Assembly (NCBI GenBank): GCA_041574955.1
Contig: JBFGNS010000001.1
Location: 28,740-92,739 of the forward strand
Reading direction: 5' to 3'
DNA length: 64,000 nt
Origin: Thermoanaerobaculia bacterium
GTDB lineage: Bacteria; Acidobacteriota; Thermoanaerobaculia; Multivoradales; JAHEKO01
Numbering within the stretch: the first letter of the stretch is position 1; each line of letters opens with the position of its first letter. This document shows, in pieces, positions 50,014-60,565 of this stretch. A program made the position numbers and the translations under genes. Below the pieces are notes generated by a model, which had not been told where the DNA came from, searched no databases, and saw only the letters and a program-made list of their open reading frames with translations.

Positions 50014-51362
50014 CCGGTGGGGCGGAGCGCGGCGGCTGGGCCACGCTGCGAAGGCTGGCGCCGATTCTGCTCGCCATCGGCGCCGGCGTGGGGGTAGGCG
50101 AGCTGGCGCCCGAGGTCGGTGAGCTGGCGGCGCCGTTCGGACGCCTGTACGTGTCGCTGCTGCTGATGTGCGTGATCCCGATCCTCGGCGCCGCGGTGGT
50201 CTCGAGCCTCGGCCGGATGGTGGCCACCCACAGACTGGGACGGAACCTGGTCGGCATCCTGGTTGTGTTCTGGGGCGGCATGCTGCTGTCCGCGACGATC
50301 GGCACCGGTATCGGCTGGGTGACGCGGGTCGGGGCCGACCTCGAGACCTCGGCCGCGCTCGGCGACCTGCTGCTCGAGATGGAAGGCGGCGGCGGGCCGG
50401 GCGGCGGGGAAGCCACCGGCGAGGAGGCCGATGCCTACGTCGAGCTGTTCGCCGGCTCGCCGCCGCGGGCGCCGGCGGCCGGCGGGGCCGCGCCCGAGAT
50501 GCGTGGCCCGCGCCTGCTGACCTATCTCGACAAGCTGATTCCGGGCAACCTGGTGGCGGCTTACCTGGAGGACAACTACCTGGCCGTGCTGTTCTTCTCG
50601 GTGCTGCTTGGGGTGGCCCTGGGTCTGTCGCCGGGCGCGACGCGCGACCTGGCGCTCGGCGTGCTGGAGGCGATGTTCAACTCGCTGCTACGGATCATCA
50701 CCTGGGTGATCTGGCTGCTGCCGCTCGGCCTGTTCTGCCTGGTGGCCGGGCAGGTGGCGGCCGGTGGACTGGCTTTCGTGGTGGTCTTTCGCCGGGTCAT
50801 CCTGGTCAGCCTGGTGACCACGGTGGCCACCATGGTGCTGTTCACGGTGACCATCTGGAAGGTGCGCGGCGGCACGCTGGCCGGCACCCTGCGCGGCATG
50901 CGGGAGCCGTTGCTGATCGCCTTCGCCACCTCCAGCAGCTTCGCCTCGATCCCGGCGGCGATGGTGGCGCTCAAGGACAACTTCGGCCTGGGGCGCGAGA
51001 ACGTCAACCTCTTTCTGCCGCTCGGCATCACCATGAATCCGATCGGCAGCGCGCTGTTCTTCAGCCTGTCGTCGATCTTCGCGGTTCAGCTCCACGGCAG
51101 CGCCGGGCTCAGCCTGGCGCCGTTCGACGCCGTGATGCTGATCCTGGGATCGGTGCTGGCGGGCATCGCCGCCATGGGGCTGCCGGGGGTCAGCGCGCTG
51201 TGGATGCTCGGGCTGGTGCTGGAGCCGATCGGCGTGCCGCCCGAGGTCGGGATCGTGGCGCTGGTGGCGGTGGCGCCGATCATCGACCCGCTGTTCACGA
51301 TGGTGAACGTCTACGGCAACTGCACCGCCACCTGCATCCTGGATCGCTACGTCGGCCGCTGA
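50010..51362 (+). CDS. dicarboxylate/amino acid:cation symporter (DAACS, GltP/DctA family)
   Basis: GTGA overlap with SBP3 gene; LGITMNPIGSALFFSLSSIF and other DAACS hairpin motifs. Confidence 0.75.
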   Translation: MTGGAERGGWATLRRLAPILLAIGAGVGVGELAPEVGELAAPFGRLYVSLLLMCVIPILGAAVVSSLGRMVATHRLGRNLVGILVVFWGGMLLSATIGTGIGWVTRVGADLETSAALGDLLLEMEGGGGPGGGEATGEEADAYVELFAGSPPRAPAAGGAAPEMRGPRLLTYLDKLIPGNLVAAYLEDNYLAVLFFSVLLGVALGLSPGATRDLALGVLEAMFNSLLRIITWVIWLLPLGLFCLVAGQVAAGGLAFVVVFRRVILVSLVTTVATMVLFTVTIWKVRGGTLAGTLRGMREPLLIAFATSSSFASIPAAMVALKDNFGLGRENVNLFLPLGITMNPIGSALFFSLSSIFAVQLHGSAGLSLAPFDAVMLILGSVLAGIAAMGLPGVSALWMLGLVLEPIGVPPEVGIVALVAVAPIIDPLFTMVNVYGNCTATCILDRYVGR

Positions 51363-51378
51363 ACAGCGACCGGGGCCG

Positions 51379-51651
51379 CTACCACCTGCCGCCGGAGCGG
51401 GGCCTGTCGTTGCGCGGCCGCGCCTCGCTCACGCTCAGCCGCCGGCCACCCATGTCCGAGCCGTTGACTGCTTCGATCGCCTCGTCGCCGCCGCTCTCCA
51501 TCTCGACGAAGCCGAAGCCCCGCGGGCGGCCGGTCTCACGGTCGGTGATCAGGTTCACCGACGTGACGTTGCCGTGGGCGCTGAACAGGTCGCGCACCTC
51601 GTCTTCGGTGGCGGAAAAGGGCAGGTTGCCCACGTAGATCTTCTTCGACAT
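51379..51651 (-). CDS. RRM-domain RNA-binding protein
   Basis: KIYVGNLPF (RNP2) and RGFGFVEM (RNP1) motifs; 90 aa. Confidence 0.85.
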   Translation of the reverse strand: MSKKIYVGNLPFSATEDEVRDLFSAHGNVTSVNLITDRETGRPRGFGFVEMESGGDEAIEAVNGSDMGGRRLSVSEARPRNDRPRSGGRW

Positions 51652-51775
51652 CGGGTGATCTCCTTGGAAGGCCGGTGAAGGGCTGACTGGAACAGCGGGA
51701 CTATTGTAGCTCAGGAGCCGTTCGCTGGCCGCCACGGCGGCCCGCCGGGTCGGCGGCGGCGGCGCCACCCGAGGC

Positions 51776-53341
51776 TCACAGCCGGCGCAGGTCGAGGCGC
51801 GAGAAGTCCGGGATCCCCAGTGGGTCGGGCTCGAAGTTGCGCACCTGGAAGGAGTGCACGTAGACCACCGAGCCAGTGACCAGGGGCAGCAGCGGCACCT
51901 CCTCCGCGATCGCTGCCAGCAGCTCGTGCTGGAGCGCCGTCGAGGGGTCCAGCCGGAGCTCCTTGAGCAGCCCATCGACCGCCTCGTTGCGCCAGCGCGA
52001 CAGGTTGGCGTGGATGGAGATCGGGCGGTCGGTGGTCGGGATGGAGTCGGAAGCCAGGCATGCCTCGAGGTAGTCGACCGGGTCGAGGGTGTCGGCGATC
52101 CAGCCGGTGAGCGCCATGTCGTAGTCGCCGCTGGCGACCCGGCGGAAGTAGTCCTCGCTGTCGCGCGCCGGCTCGATCTCGACGGCGATGCCCAGCTCGG
52201 CGAGCTGTCCGGCGATGTAGCGGGCGACGGCGCGCGGCTGCGGCAGGTAGGGACGAGGTCCGAAGATCACCATCAGGCGCAGCCGCTCGGGGCGGGGCCC
52301 GGGTGCCTGCTCGAGCAGCGACCTGGCCCGGTCCAGCCGGTAGAGGAGGCCGTCACGCCAGCTCGACATCATCGGCGGCAGCAGACCGGCAGCCGTGATC
52401 GCCAGCGGATTGGTGGGGTAGCACAGGGTCGCCACCTCGACGCGGTCGATGGCGGTCGCCAGGGCTCTGCGCACCTCGCTGCTGGCCAGCTCGGGCCGCT
52501 CGGTGTTGAAGTACAGGATCGACGTGGAGTTGCCCGGGGCGAACGCCTTGCGCACCCGGCGCAGCTCGCTGGTGTCCTCCCGGTTGAGCACGTTGGTGAA
52601 GTCGACCCGGCCCTCTTCGAGCGCCGCCAGCAGCGCGGTCGGTCGGCCCTCCTCGTCCGGTGGATAGCAGGTGAAGCGCAGCTCGCCGATCGCCGGCGGC
52701 GGCTGGTGGTGCGGGTTGCGCGTCAGGTGGAGGCGCTGGGGGGTGGAGTCGTCGGCCAGCCGGTACGGTCCGGTGCCGAGCAGCGCCGAGCCGCTCTCGA
52801 GCACCACCCCGGAATACGGCTCGGCCAGCACCAGCTCGAAGCGGGCGTTGGAACGACGCAGGTGGAAATGCAGGCGGTCGCCGCTCACTTCGGTGGAGGC
52901 CAGGTCGCGGATGTGACTGACGCGCGCCAGCGAGCGCGCCAGCAGCTCGGGCGTGAGCGGCGTGCCGTCGGAGAATCGGACGTCGGGACGCACCTGCGCC
53001 GAGTAGCGGGTGCGATCTTCGGACTCGCTCGCCAGCGGCTCGCTGAACAGCACCGGTCGGGCTGGCTCGTCTCCCTGTGGCGGCGCGAACGGTGTCTCGA
53101 AGATCTGCGATACCGCCATCAGGCTGACGAAATCCTGCGCGCGGCTGGGGTCGAGGTTCTGCACCTCGGAGATCAGGCCGATACGCAGCAGTTTAGCGTC
53201 GCCGGCGGTGGCTTCGGGATCGGGCAAGGTGGGCCTCCTCAAAGCGTCGGGCGGGGTGTCGTCCGGTCGGTTACGATACCAGTCCCTCATCGAGCGCGGG
53301 CCGCTCGGCGGCCGGTCGCTCGCGCCTTCGGTGGCCGTCAT
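51776..53341 (-). CDS. SBP_bac_5 (peptide/nickel-type) solute-binding-like protein, no obvious signal peptide
   Basis: KLLRIGLISEVQNLDPSRAQD... family-5 SBP pattern; start M1 or M18 (53290). Confidence 0.55.
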   Translation of the reverse strand: MTATEGASDRPPSGPRSMRDWYRNRPDDTPPDALRRPTLPDPEATAGDAKLLRIGLISEVQNLDPSRAQDFVSLMAVSQIFETPFAPPQGDEPARPVLFSEPLASESEDRTRYSAQVRPDVRFSDGTPLTPELLARSLARVSHIRDLASTEVSGDRLHFHLRRSNARFELVLAEPYSGVVLESGSALLGTGPYRLADDSTPQRLHLTRNPHHQPPPAIGELRFTCYPPDEEGRPTALLAALEEGRVDFTNVLNREDTSELRRVRKAFAPGNSTSILYFNTERPELASSEVRRALATAIDRVEVATLCYPTNPLAITAAGLLPPMMSSWRDGLLYRLDRARSLLEQAPGPRPERLRLMVIFGPRPYLPQPRAVARYIAGQLAELGIAVEIEPARDSEDYFRRVASGDYDMALTGWIADTLDPVDYLEACLASDSIPTTDRPISIHANLSRWRNEAVDGLLKELRLDPSTALQHELLAAIAEEVPLLPLVTGSVVYVHSFQVRNFEPDPLGIPDFSRLDLRRL

Positions 53342-56300
53342 CGCCGGGGCTCGGCGCCTGCCGCGTCTCGGGCAGCGAGAAGTGGAAGCTGGCCCCGCTG
53401 CCGGCGCCCGCCGACTCGACCCACACCCGCCCGCCGTGGGACTCGATGACGCGCCGAACGATCGCCAGGCCGACCCCCGTCCCCTCGCGGCGGGGGTCGA
53501 GGCGCTCGAACAGGTCGAAGATCTTGCGGTGGAAGCGCGGATCGATGCCGATGCCGTTGTCGCGCACCCAGACCTGCGGTTGTTCCCCGTCCGGCGTCCA
53601 GCCGACTTCGACGCGCGGCGGAACCGACTCGCGCCGGAACTTGATCGCGTTCTCGATCAGGCTCTGGAAGACCTCCACCAGCCGGGCGCCGTCGACGCGC
53701 GCCATCGGCAGATCGGGGGCGACCCGCACGGTCGCCCGTGCTTCGCGGATCGGGCCTTCGCAGCGCTGAAGCGCCTCCTCCGCCAGCGCGGTCAGCGGAT
53801 GCCAGCGCGGAGCGTGCTCGACCCGCCCGATGCGCGCCAGATCCAGCAGGTGGCCGAGCTTGGAGGCCATGCTCCGGGTGGCTCGGTCGATGCGGTCGAG
53901 GTCGTGCCTCACGCGATCGAAGTCGCCCTCCTCGAGGTCCCGCTCGAGCACGCCCAGAAAGCCGCGGATGGTGACCAGCGGACTCTTCAGGTCGTGCGAG
54001 ATGGAGTAGGTGAACCGCTCGACCTCTTCGCGGCTGGCGCTCAGCTTCTGCACCAGCTGCTCGAGCTGGGCGTTGCGGCGGCGGCTGGCCGCGAGCCGCC
54101 ACCGGAACAGCTGCGCCACCACCGCCGCGGCCGCCAGCAGACCGAGCAGGCGGATGGTGGGGCGCTGGTGCCACAGCGGCAGCACGCGCAACGGCCGGCT
54201 GGCGCCGGCCGGGTCCCACACCCCATCGTTGTTGGCCGCGATGACGTGGAAGGTATACGCCCCCGGCTCTAGGTTGGTGTAGCGCACGCTGCGCGCACCG
54301 CTCGCCTCCTGCCACTCGGTCTCGAAGCCGTCGAGCCGGTAGCGCGCGCGCACCTTGGCGGGCGCGACGAAGCTCAACACCGAGAACCGGAAGACCAGCT
54401 CGCGGGTGCCGGCGGCGATCCGCGGCCGGAGCCCCGGCTCGGACACCCTGCGGCTGTCGGCCACCAGCGCGTCGACGGCCACCAGCGGCGGCACCGAGTT
54501 GCGCAGGATGCGATCGGGCCGGATGCGGGCCACCCCGGCAAGTGTCGGGAACCACAGCCGTCCGCCGGCGTCCTTGAGGATCGCTGCCGAGGCCGTGCAC
54601 TCGCGGTGAGGCAGACCGTCGCTCTCGTCGAAGACCTCGACCGACAGGCGCCCGCCCGAGCCGTCCAGCACCGAGGCCAGCTGGCGGTGTTCGAGCCGCA
54701 GTACGCCGATCGGCGAGGTCGCCCAGATCGCGCCCTCGCCGTCGTGCAGCAGATCGAAGACGGCGTCCGTCGGCAGCCCCTGGCCGACCGACACGGCCGA
54801 CACCCGTCCGTCGCGCAGCCGGGCGATGCCGCCGTTGGTGGCGATCCAGAGGCCACCCTCGGCATCAGGGCGCGCCCTGAAGACCAGGCTCCCGGGCAGG
54901 CCGTCGGCCACCGTGTAGCTGCGGATCGAGCCGTCGGGCGCCCGCACGTCGAGACCGGCGTGGGTACCGACCAGCAGGTTGCCGGCGGCGTCCTCGCCCA
55001 GCGACAGGATGAAGTTGGAGCTCAGCCCGGCGGACTGGTCGAGCGTCTCGAATCCGCCGCCCTCCAGCCGGCGCAGCAGGCCGGCGTTGCGGGTGCCGAC
55101 CCACAGTTCGCCGGTGCGATCTTCGAAGACCAGCCGCACCTGGTTGGTCGGCAGCCCGTCAGCCGTGGTGTAGAGCCGCTCGACGCTGCCGCGCTTGGCG
55201 AGCAGTCCGGCGTGGCTGGAGATCCACAGCGTGCCGTCGCGGGCGCGCAGCGCGTGCCTCATGCGCACGCGGCCGACCGGGGTGGCGAGCGGAAACGGTT
55301 CGACGGCGTCGTCACGGATGAGCTGGAGCATGCCGTTGTCGGCGCCGATGAGGTGACGGCCTGGTGCGATCTCGGAGATGAAGTTGACCCGCTCCGGGGC
55401 CGGGCCTCCGCTCACCCGGAAGCGGCTGAACTTGGCCGAGCGCAGCTGAAACAGGCCCTCGCCGTAGCTGGCCAGCCACAGGCTGCCCTCGCGATCGACC
55501 AGCAGCGCGCTGACCGGACCGAAGGCGGCGCCGTCGGCGGTCAGCGGGCGGGTGAGGGATCCGTCGGCGGGGGTGTAGCGAAACGCTCCCTGCTGCGACG
55601 CGATCCACAGGCTGCCGCGCTCCCCCTCGTACAGCCGGAAGATCTCCAGGTGGCCGGTATCCGGCACGGATTCCAAGCGGCCGTCGGACAGTCTGCTGAG
55701 CCCTTCCTGGGTTCCGATCCAGAGCGCTTCGGCGGTCTCGAGCAGGCTGCTGGCGGCGTTACTGATCAGGCCGTCGGCCGTGGTGTAGGTGCGGCTCGCC
55801 TCGCCGTCCGCCAGTCGGGTGACGCCCTTGCCCTCGGTGGCGAACCAGAGCGCGCCGTCGGCGGCGCGCAGGATGTCGCGGACGCTCACCGCCTGCAGGG
55901 CGGCGACGTCGACCGGTTCGATCCGGCCGTCGGTGAAGCGGAAGGCGCCGGCATCGTCGGTGCCGACCCAGACGCTGCCGCCGGGCTCGGGCAGCAGGCT
56001 GCGCACGCTGTAGGCGAACTTCTCCGAGGTCGCCAGCGGATGGAAGTCGCCGTCGCGCAGCAGCAGCACGCCGCTGCTCTGGGTGCCGATCCACAGCACG
56101 CCGTCACGGTCCTCGACCAGCTCGAGGACGCCGTTGCCGCGCAGCTCGGCGCGACGCGGTCGGGCCATGGTCGCGGCGATGCGGTGGCGGTCGAAGTTGA
56201 CGAAGCTGCTGCCGTCGAAACGCACCAGCCCGCTGAGGCTGGCGATCCAGAGATAGCCGTCGCGCGACTGCAGCACATCGAGCAGCAGGTTGCTGGCCAG

Positions 56301-56485
56301 CCCCTCCTCACTCGTCCAGCGCGTCACCAGCTGCTGCGCGGGTGCCGGCGGCTCGAAGGTCGCCGAGCGGTGGGCATCGGCCGCCGCGACCGGTGGCGCG
56401 AGTGCCGCCAGCGCCGCCACCACGGCGGCTGGCGACCGGCGCCGACGCGGCGGGTGTGCCTCGAGCGAGGCTCTGGCGGCAGAGG
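53271..56485 (-). CDS. sensor histidine kinase with periplasmic two-component-regulator propeller repeats and Y_Y_Y domain
   Basis: Repeated ...DG.LWIGT... propeller blades, TM, HisKA FTYSISHDLKSPL, HATPase VRDNGIGID; start inferred (TTG about 56485) after FetB stop. Confidence 0.7.
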
Positions 56486-56557
56486 TACCCAAAGCCGATC
56501 TTCCGTAACCCTGGCCGCAATTATAGGGGCGGTTCCGCTGGAGCTCCCGGCTTCGGC

Positions 56558-57364
56558 TCAACGCCGGCCGACGGAGCGCAGCCGGGCGTGCAGGAACTGG
56601 TGGGCCGGAGTGAACAGCCGCCGGTAGCCGAGCAGCACCACGCCCAGGGTGCCCAGGGCGGTGGCCGAGGCGATCAGGAACATGATCACCACCTGGTAGC
56701 GCACCGCCTGCACCGGCTCGACTCCCGCCAGCAGCTGTCCGGTCATCATGCCCGGCAAGCTGACGATGCCGGCGATCATCATCGAGTTGACGATCGGGAT
56801 CATGCCGGTGCGCACCGCAGAGCGCACCGGCCCGCGGGCCGCCTCCCAGCGCGTTGCGCCGAGTGCCAGCAGCCCCTCGACCTCCGCGCGGCGCCCGGTG
56901 AGCTCTTCTCCCAGCCGGTCCAGCCCGAGCGAGATGCCGTTGAGCGCGTTGCCCAGGATCATGCCCAGGAAGGGGATCGCGTACTGCGGACGGAACCACG
57001 GCCGGACCTCGACCACCGCCGCCAGCGCCACCGCCGCGATCAGCCACGAGGCGGCCCAGATCGATACCAGACTGTCGAGCCAGATGCCCGGGTAGCGCCG
57101 CGGCGTGCGGCGAACGGCCGCGATGCCGGCGGCGATCGTCATCAGAGCCATCAGGTCGACCACCGGCGGCCAGCGGCTGATGGCGAAGACCCACTCCAGC
57201 ACCAGTCCGACCAGCAGCAGCTGGACGGTCATGCGCACCGCCGCGAGCAGCAGCCGACGGTGGAGCTCCAGCCTGAGCGTCAGCGAGATCGCGGCGTTGA
57301 TCAGGATGAGCAGGGCCGCGATGCCGAGCTGGCCGTACGACAGCTCCAGGTAGCCTGCCGTCAC
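56558..57364 (-). CDS. fetB: FetB/YbbM-like (UPF0014) ABC exporter permease
   Basis: VTAGYLELSYGQLGIAALLIL N-terminus typical of FetB; GTGA overlap with upstream ATPase. Confidence 0.65.
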   Translation of the reverse strand: MTAGYLELSYGQLGIAALLILINAAISLTLRLELHRRLLLAAVRMTVQLLLVGLVLEWVFAISRWPPVVDLMALMTIAAGIAAVRRTPRRYPGIWLDSLVSIWAASWLIAAVALAAVVEVRPWFRPQYAIPFLGMILGNALNGISLGLDRLGEELTGRRAEVEGLLALGATRWEAARGPVRSAVRTGMIPIVNSMMIAGIVSLPGMMTGQLLAGVEPVQAVRYQVVIMFLIASATALGTLGVVLLGYRRLFTPAHQFLHARLRSVGRR

Positions 57365-58029
57365 GCCGGCTCCTCTTCCAGGCGCCCGCCGCTCAGCCTG
57401 AGGTGGCGGTCGGCGACGCCGCCGGCGAGTCCCGCGTCGTGGGTGACCCACAGGTAGGCGCGGCGGCCGGCGGCGGCGTGCCAGCCGGCGATCGACCGCC
57501 GCGCGAGCTCGGCCGAGGCGGGGTCGAGGGCCGCCGTCGGCTCGTCCAGCAACAGCACCGTGGGCTCGAGCTGGAGCAGGCGGGCGAGGGCCACGAGCTG
57601 CGCCTCGCCGCCGGAGAGCTGTGAGCGGTCGCGGGCCAGCAGGGAGGCGTCGCGGCCCAGCTGCTCGAGCAGCTCGGCCGCCCGCCGCCGCTCGAACCGC
57701 CTCTGGCGGTGCACCGCGAGCGAGAACGGCAGCCGCAGGTTGTCCTCGACCGAGCCGTCGAGCAGCGCCGGCTGCTGGTGGAGGTAGGCGATCCGGCTGC
57801 GGTAGGCCGGGCTGTCGCCTGGCGCCAGCTCACGGCCTTCGAGACGTAGCGAGCCCTCGGCCAGCGGGTCGAGCAGCGCCAGGGCACGCAGCAGGAGGGT
57901 CTTTCCGGAGCCCGAGGGACCGCTCAGCGAGATCCGCTCACCGGCTCCGATCGTGAGGCTCCGGTCGCGGAACAGCCAGCCGCCGTTGGCGCGGCGACCG
58001 AGTCGGCGGGCTTCGACGAGCGGCGGCAT
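57361..58029 (-). CDS. fetA: FetA/YbbL-like ABC transporter ATP-binding protein
   Basis: GPSGSGKT Walker A, LSGGEAQ signature, LLLDEPT Walker B; 222 aa. Confidence 0.75.
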   Translation of the reverse strand: MPPLVEARRLGRRANGGWLFRDRSLTIGAGERISLSGPSGSGKTLLLRALALLDPLAEGSLRLEGRELAPGDSPAYRSRIAYLHQQPALLDGSVEDNLRLPFSLAVHRQRRFERRRAAELLEQLGRDASLLARDRSQLSGGEAQLVALARLLQLEPTVLLLDEPTAALDPASAELARRSIAGWHAAAGRRAYLWVTHDAGLAGGVADRHLRLSGGRLEEEPA

Positions 58030-58138
58030 CGTATGGCGGCCGGGCCCTCGGGCCGGCGGCCTGCATGCTAGCGTGTCGCCGGCCGCGGCCCGTCGCCGGC
58101 GCCGCGGCCGCGAAGGACGCAGGCAGGGGGCGAGGTCG

Positions 58139-59515
58139 ATGCGGAGCGACAACGGCGCAGCCGAGGCGGGAGGGCTTTTCGGACAGGCCTGGGCGGCGAG
58201 CCTGGGCGGCGAGCTGCGCCGCAGCGAGGCGTTTCGCCGGGCCGCGGCCGGCTGGCAGGGCACCCTCGTGCTCGAGCTGCTGGAGGAGCCGGCGGCCGAT
58301 GGCGGCCAGCGGGGAGTGCTCATCGAGCTGGCCGACGGCGTCTGCCGCCAGGCGCGCGCCAGCCGGCCGGCCGACCGGGAGCGCGCCGCGTTCGTCATCG
58401 CGGGCGGAGTCGACGGCTGGCAAGGCGTGCTGGCCGGCTCGGCGTCGCCGCTGACCGCTCTGCTGCGCGGCCGCCTGCGCCTGGTGAAGGGCAAGCTCAC
58501 CAGCCTGATGCCGTTCGCCGCCGCCGCCGAAGAGCTGGCGCGCTGCGCCGCGCGCCTGGTCGGCGCCGGCGCCGCGCCGGCCGCCGCCGAGGCGCCGCGC
58601 CGGCCGCCGTTTCGCAGCACCTCGGCCGCCGGTCTGGCGACGGACTCGCCGCCGATGCAGCTGTGGGAGAAGGCCAAGCGCCATGGGATCTGGAATCCGC
58701 GCGCCATCGACTTCACCACCGACCGGCGCCAGTGGCTGGAGCTCGACGACGAGGAGCGCGACCTGCTGCTGCGGCTGGCGGCGCTGTTCGGAGGCGGCGA
58801 GGAGTCGGTGACGCGCGAGCTGCTGCCGCTGATCCGGGTCATCGCCCGCGAGGGCCGGTTGGAGGAGGAGATGTTCCTCACCGCCTTCCTGTGGGAGGAG
58901 GCCAAGCACGTCGAGGCCTTTCGGCTGTTCTTCGACGAGGTGGCCGGTGAGCAGGGCGATCTGGACCGCTACCACACGCCGGCCTGGCGCCGCATCTTCT
59001 GCCACGAGCTGCCGGCGGCGATGGCCCGTCTCGACGACGATCGCTCGGCGGTGGCCCAGGCGCGCGCCTCGGTGACCTACAACATGATCGTCGAGGGGGT
59101 GCTTGCCGAGACCGGATACCACGTCTACCACTCGGTGCTCGTGGAGAGGGACATCCTGCCCGGCACCCGGGAGATGGTCGGTTACCTGCAGCGCGACGAG
59201 TCGCGTCACCTGGCCTACGGCGTCTACCTGCTGACGCGGCTGGTGGAGGAGCACGGCGAGCCGGTCTGGCAGGCGATCGAGCAGCGGATGGACGAGCTGC
59301 TGCAGCCGGCGCTGGCGATCGTGCAGGAGGTGTTCGATCTCTACCCTCCGGGAGGCGCCCCGTTCGGGCTCGAGGCGAGCGCCTTCCTCGACTACGCCAA
59401 CGGCCAGTTCGAGCGCCGCCTGGAGCGGATCGACCGCGGCCGGCGCGGTCGCCCACCGGGCAGCGAGCCCTCAAACGGAGCCGGCGGGCCCCAACATCTA
59501 GCGCCTGGCGCTTGA
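58139..59515 (+). CDS. fusion protein: N-terminal SCP2 sterol-carrier domain + C-terminal R2-like ligand-binding oxidase (ferritin-like di-metal carboxylate)
   Basis: SCP2-like ...LRGRLRLVKGKLTSLMPFA; R2lox metal ligands GEE, EEAKHVE (ExxH), NMIVEGV, RDESRH (ExxH). Confidence 0.7.
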   Translation: MRSDNGAAEAGGLFGQAWAASLGGELRRSEAFRRAAAGWQGTLVLELLEEPAADGGQRGVLIELADGVCRQARASRPADRERAAFVIAGGVDGWQGVLAGSASPLTALLRGRLRLVKGKLTSLMPFAAAAEELARCAARLVGAGAAPAAAEAPRRPPFRSTSAAGLATDSPPMQLWEKAKRHGIWNPRAIDFTTDRRQWLELDDEERDLLLRLAALFGGGEESVTRELLPLIRVIAREGRLEEEMFLTAFLWEEAKHVEAFRLFFDEVAGEQGDLDRYHTPAWRRIFCHELPAAMARLDDDRSAVAQARASVTYNMIVEGVLAETGYHVYHSVLVERDILPGTREMVGYLQRDESRHLAYGVYLLTRLVEEHGEPVWQAIEQRMDELLQPALAIVQEVFDLYPPGGAPFGLEASAFLDYANGQFERRLERIDRGRRGRPPGSEPSNGAGGPQHLAPGA

Positions 59516-59538
59516 CAGGGCGCAGCATGTTGTACAGT
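59512..59538 (+). promoter_or_regulatory. candidate sigma70-type promoter TTGACA-N15-TACAGT
   Basis: AT-richer spacer; 30 nt upstream of GAGAGGAG SD and ATG 59570. Confidence 0.35.
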
Positions 59539-59569
59539 CTTGCGCGGGTTCTGGTAGAGAGGAGCGTCC

Positions 59570-59884
59570 ATGGCGGCAGACTGGAAGTTCGACGACGCGG
59601 CGGTTGGCAGCGACCTGGACGGTTTCGCCACCGACGGCCGGCGGGCCCTTGCCGTCGCGCGCGCCACACTGCAGGCGTACCAGGAGAAACGGCCGGAGCG
59701 TGCCGACCCGCAGGCTTTGCGCGAGGCGGCGGTCCAGGTGACCGAGGCCAGGCGCAGGCTGCGCGAGATCGACCGCGACCTGCTTGCCGACGCCGAGAGC
59801 CTGCTCGAGGAGCTGCTCGATCGTATCGACCGGCCCGAGGCTGCCGCCGCTCCCCGGACGGCCGCCCTGGGTACCGGGCGGTAG
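59570..59884 (+). CDS. small acidic hypothetical protein (104 aa) leading the ECF sigma operon
   Basis: Good SD, helical/acidic composition, no recognisable domain. Confidence 0.5.
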   Translation: MAADWKFDDAAVGSDLDGFATDGRRALAVARATLQAYQEKRPERADPQALREAAVQVTEARRRLREIDRDLLADAESLLEELLDRIDRPEAAAAPRTAALGTGR

Positions 59885-59983
59885 CGGTCGCCGGCGCCCG
59901 GTGCCGGCCGCCACGGCCCGCTCCGCAAGACGGATTCCGTTCGTGCTGTAAACCCTCCGGCGCCGCCGCTCGTCCAATCAGGC

Positions 59984-60565
59984 ATGAGAGCGGAATGCGC
60001 CAGCCTGGGCCGGTCGCCGCTGGCCCCTACCGCGCGGATGGCAGCCGGCGCCGACGTTGATGCCGAGCTGGTGCGACGCGCGCGCGGCGGCGAGCTGGGC
60101 GCCTTCGAGCATCTCTACCGCCGCCACTGCGGGCGCGTCTACGCGCTCTGCCTGCGGCTGACGGCCGACGCCGGCAGCGCGGAGGAGCTGACCCAGGAAG
60201 CGTTCGTGCGGGCCTGGCGCCGGCTGGGCTCGTTCCGGGCCGCCAGCAGCTTCGGCACCTGGCTCCACCGGCTGGCCGCCAATCTGTCGATCGACGCCTT
60301 GCGCGCGCGGCAGCGCTGGCACCAGCGGTTCATCGGCGGCGAGCTGCCGGAGGCTTCCTCCGCGCCGGCCGACCCGGCGGCGGCGGTAGATCTCGAGCGC
60401 GCCATCGCGACGCTGCCGCCGCGCGCGCGAGCCGTGTTCGTGCTGCACGACGTCGAGGGCTACCGTCACCGCGAGATCGCGCGGATGTGCGGCCTCTCGG
60501 TCGGCACCAGCAAGGCCCATCTGCACCGGGCGCGACGCAAGCTGAGGGAGGTACTGGATCGATGA
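59984..60565 (+). CDS. ECF sigma factor (second copy in window)
   Basis: DAELVRRARGGELGAFEHLYRRH region 2, C-terminal region 4 HTH; alternative start at 60038. Confidence 0.8.
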   Translation: MRAECASLGRSPLAPTARMAAGADVDAELVRRARGGELGAFEHLYRRHCGRVYALCLRLTADAGSAEELTQEAFVRAWRRLGSFRAASSFGTWLHRLAANLSIDALRARQRWHQRFIGGELPEASSAPADPAAAVDLERAIATLPPRARAVFVLHDVEGYRHREIARMCGLSVGTSKAHLHRARRKLREVLDR

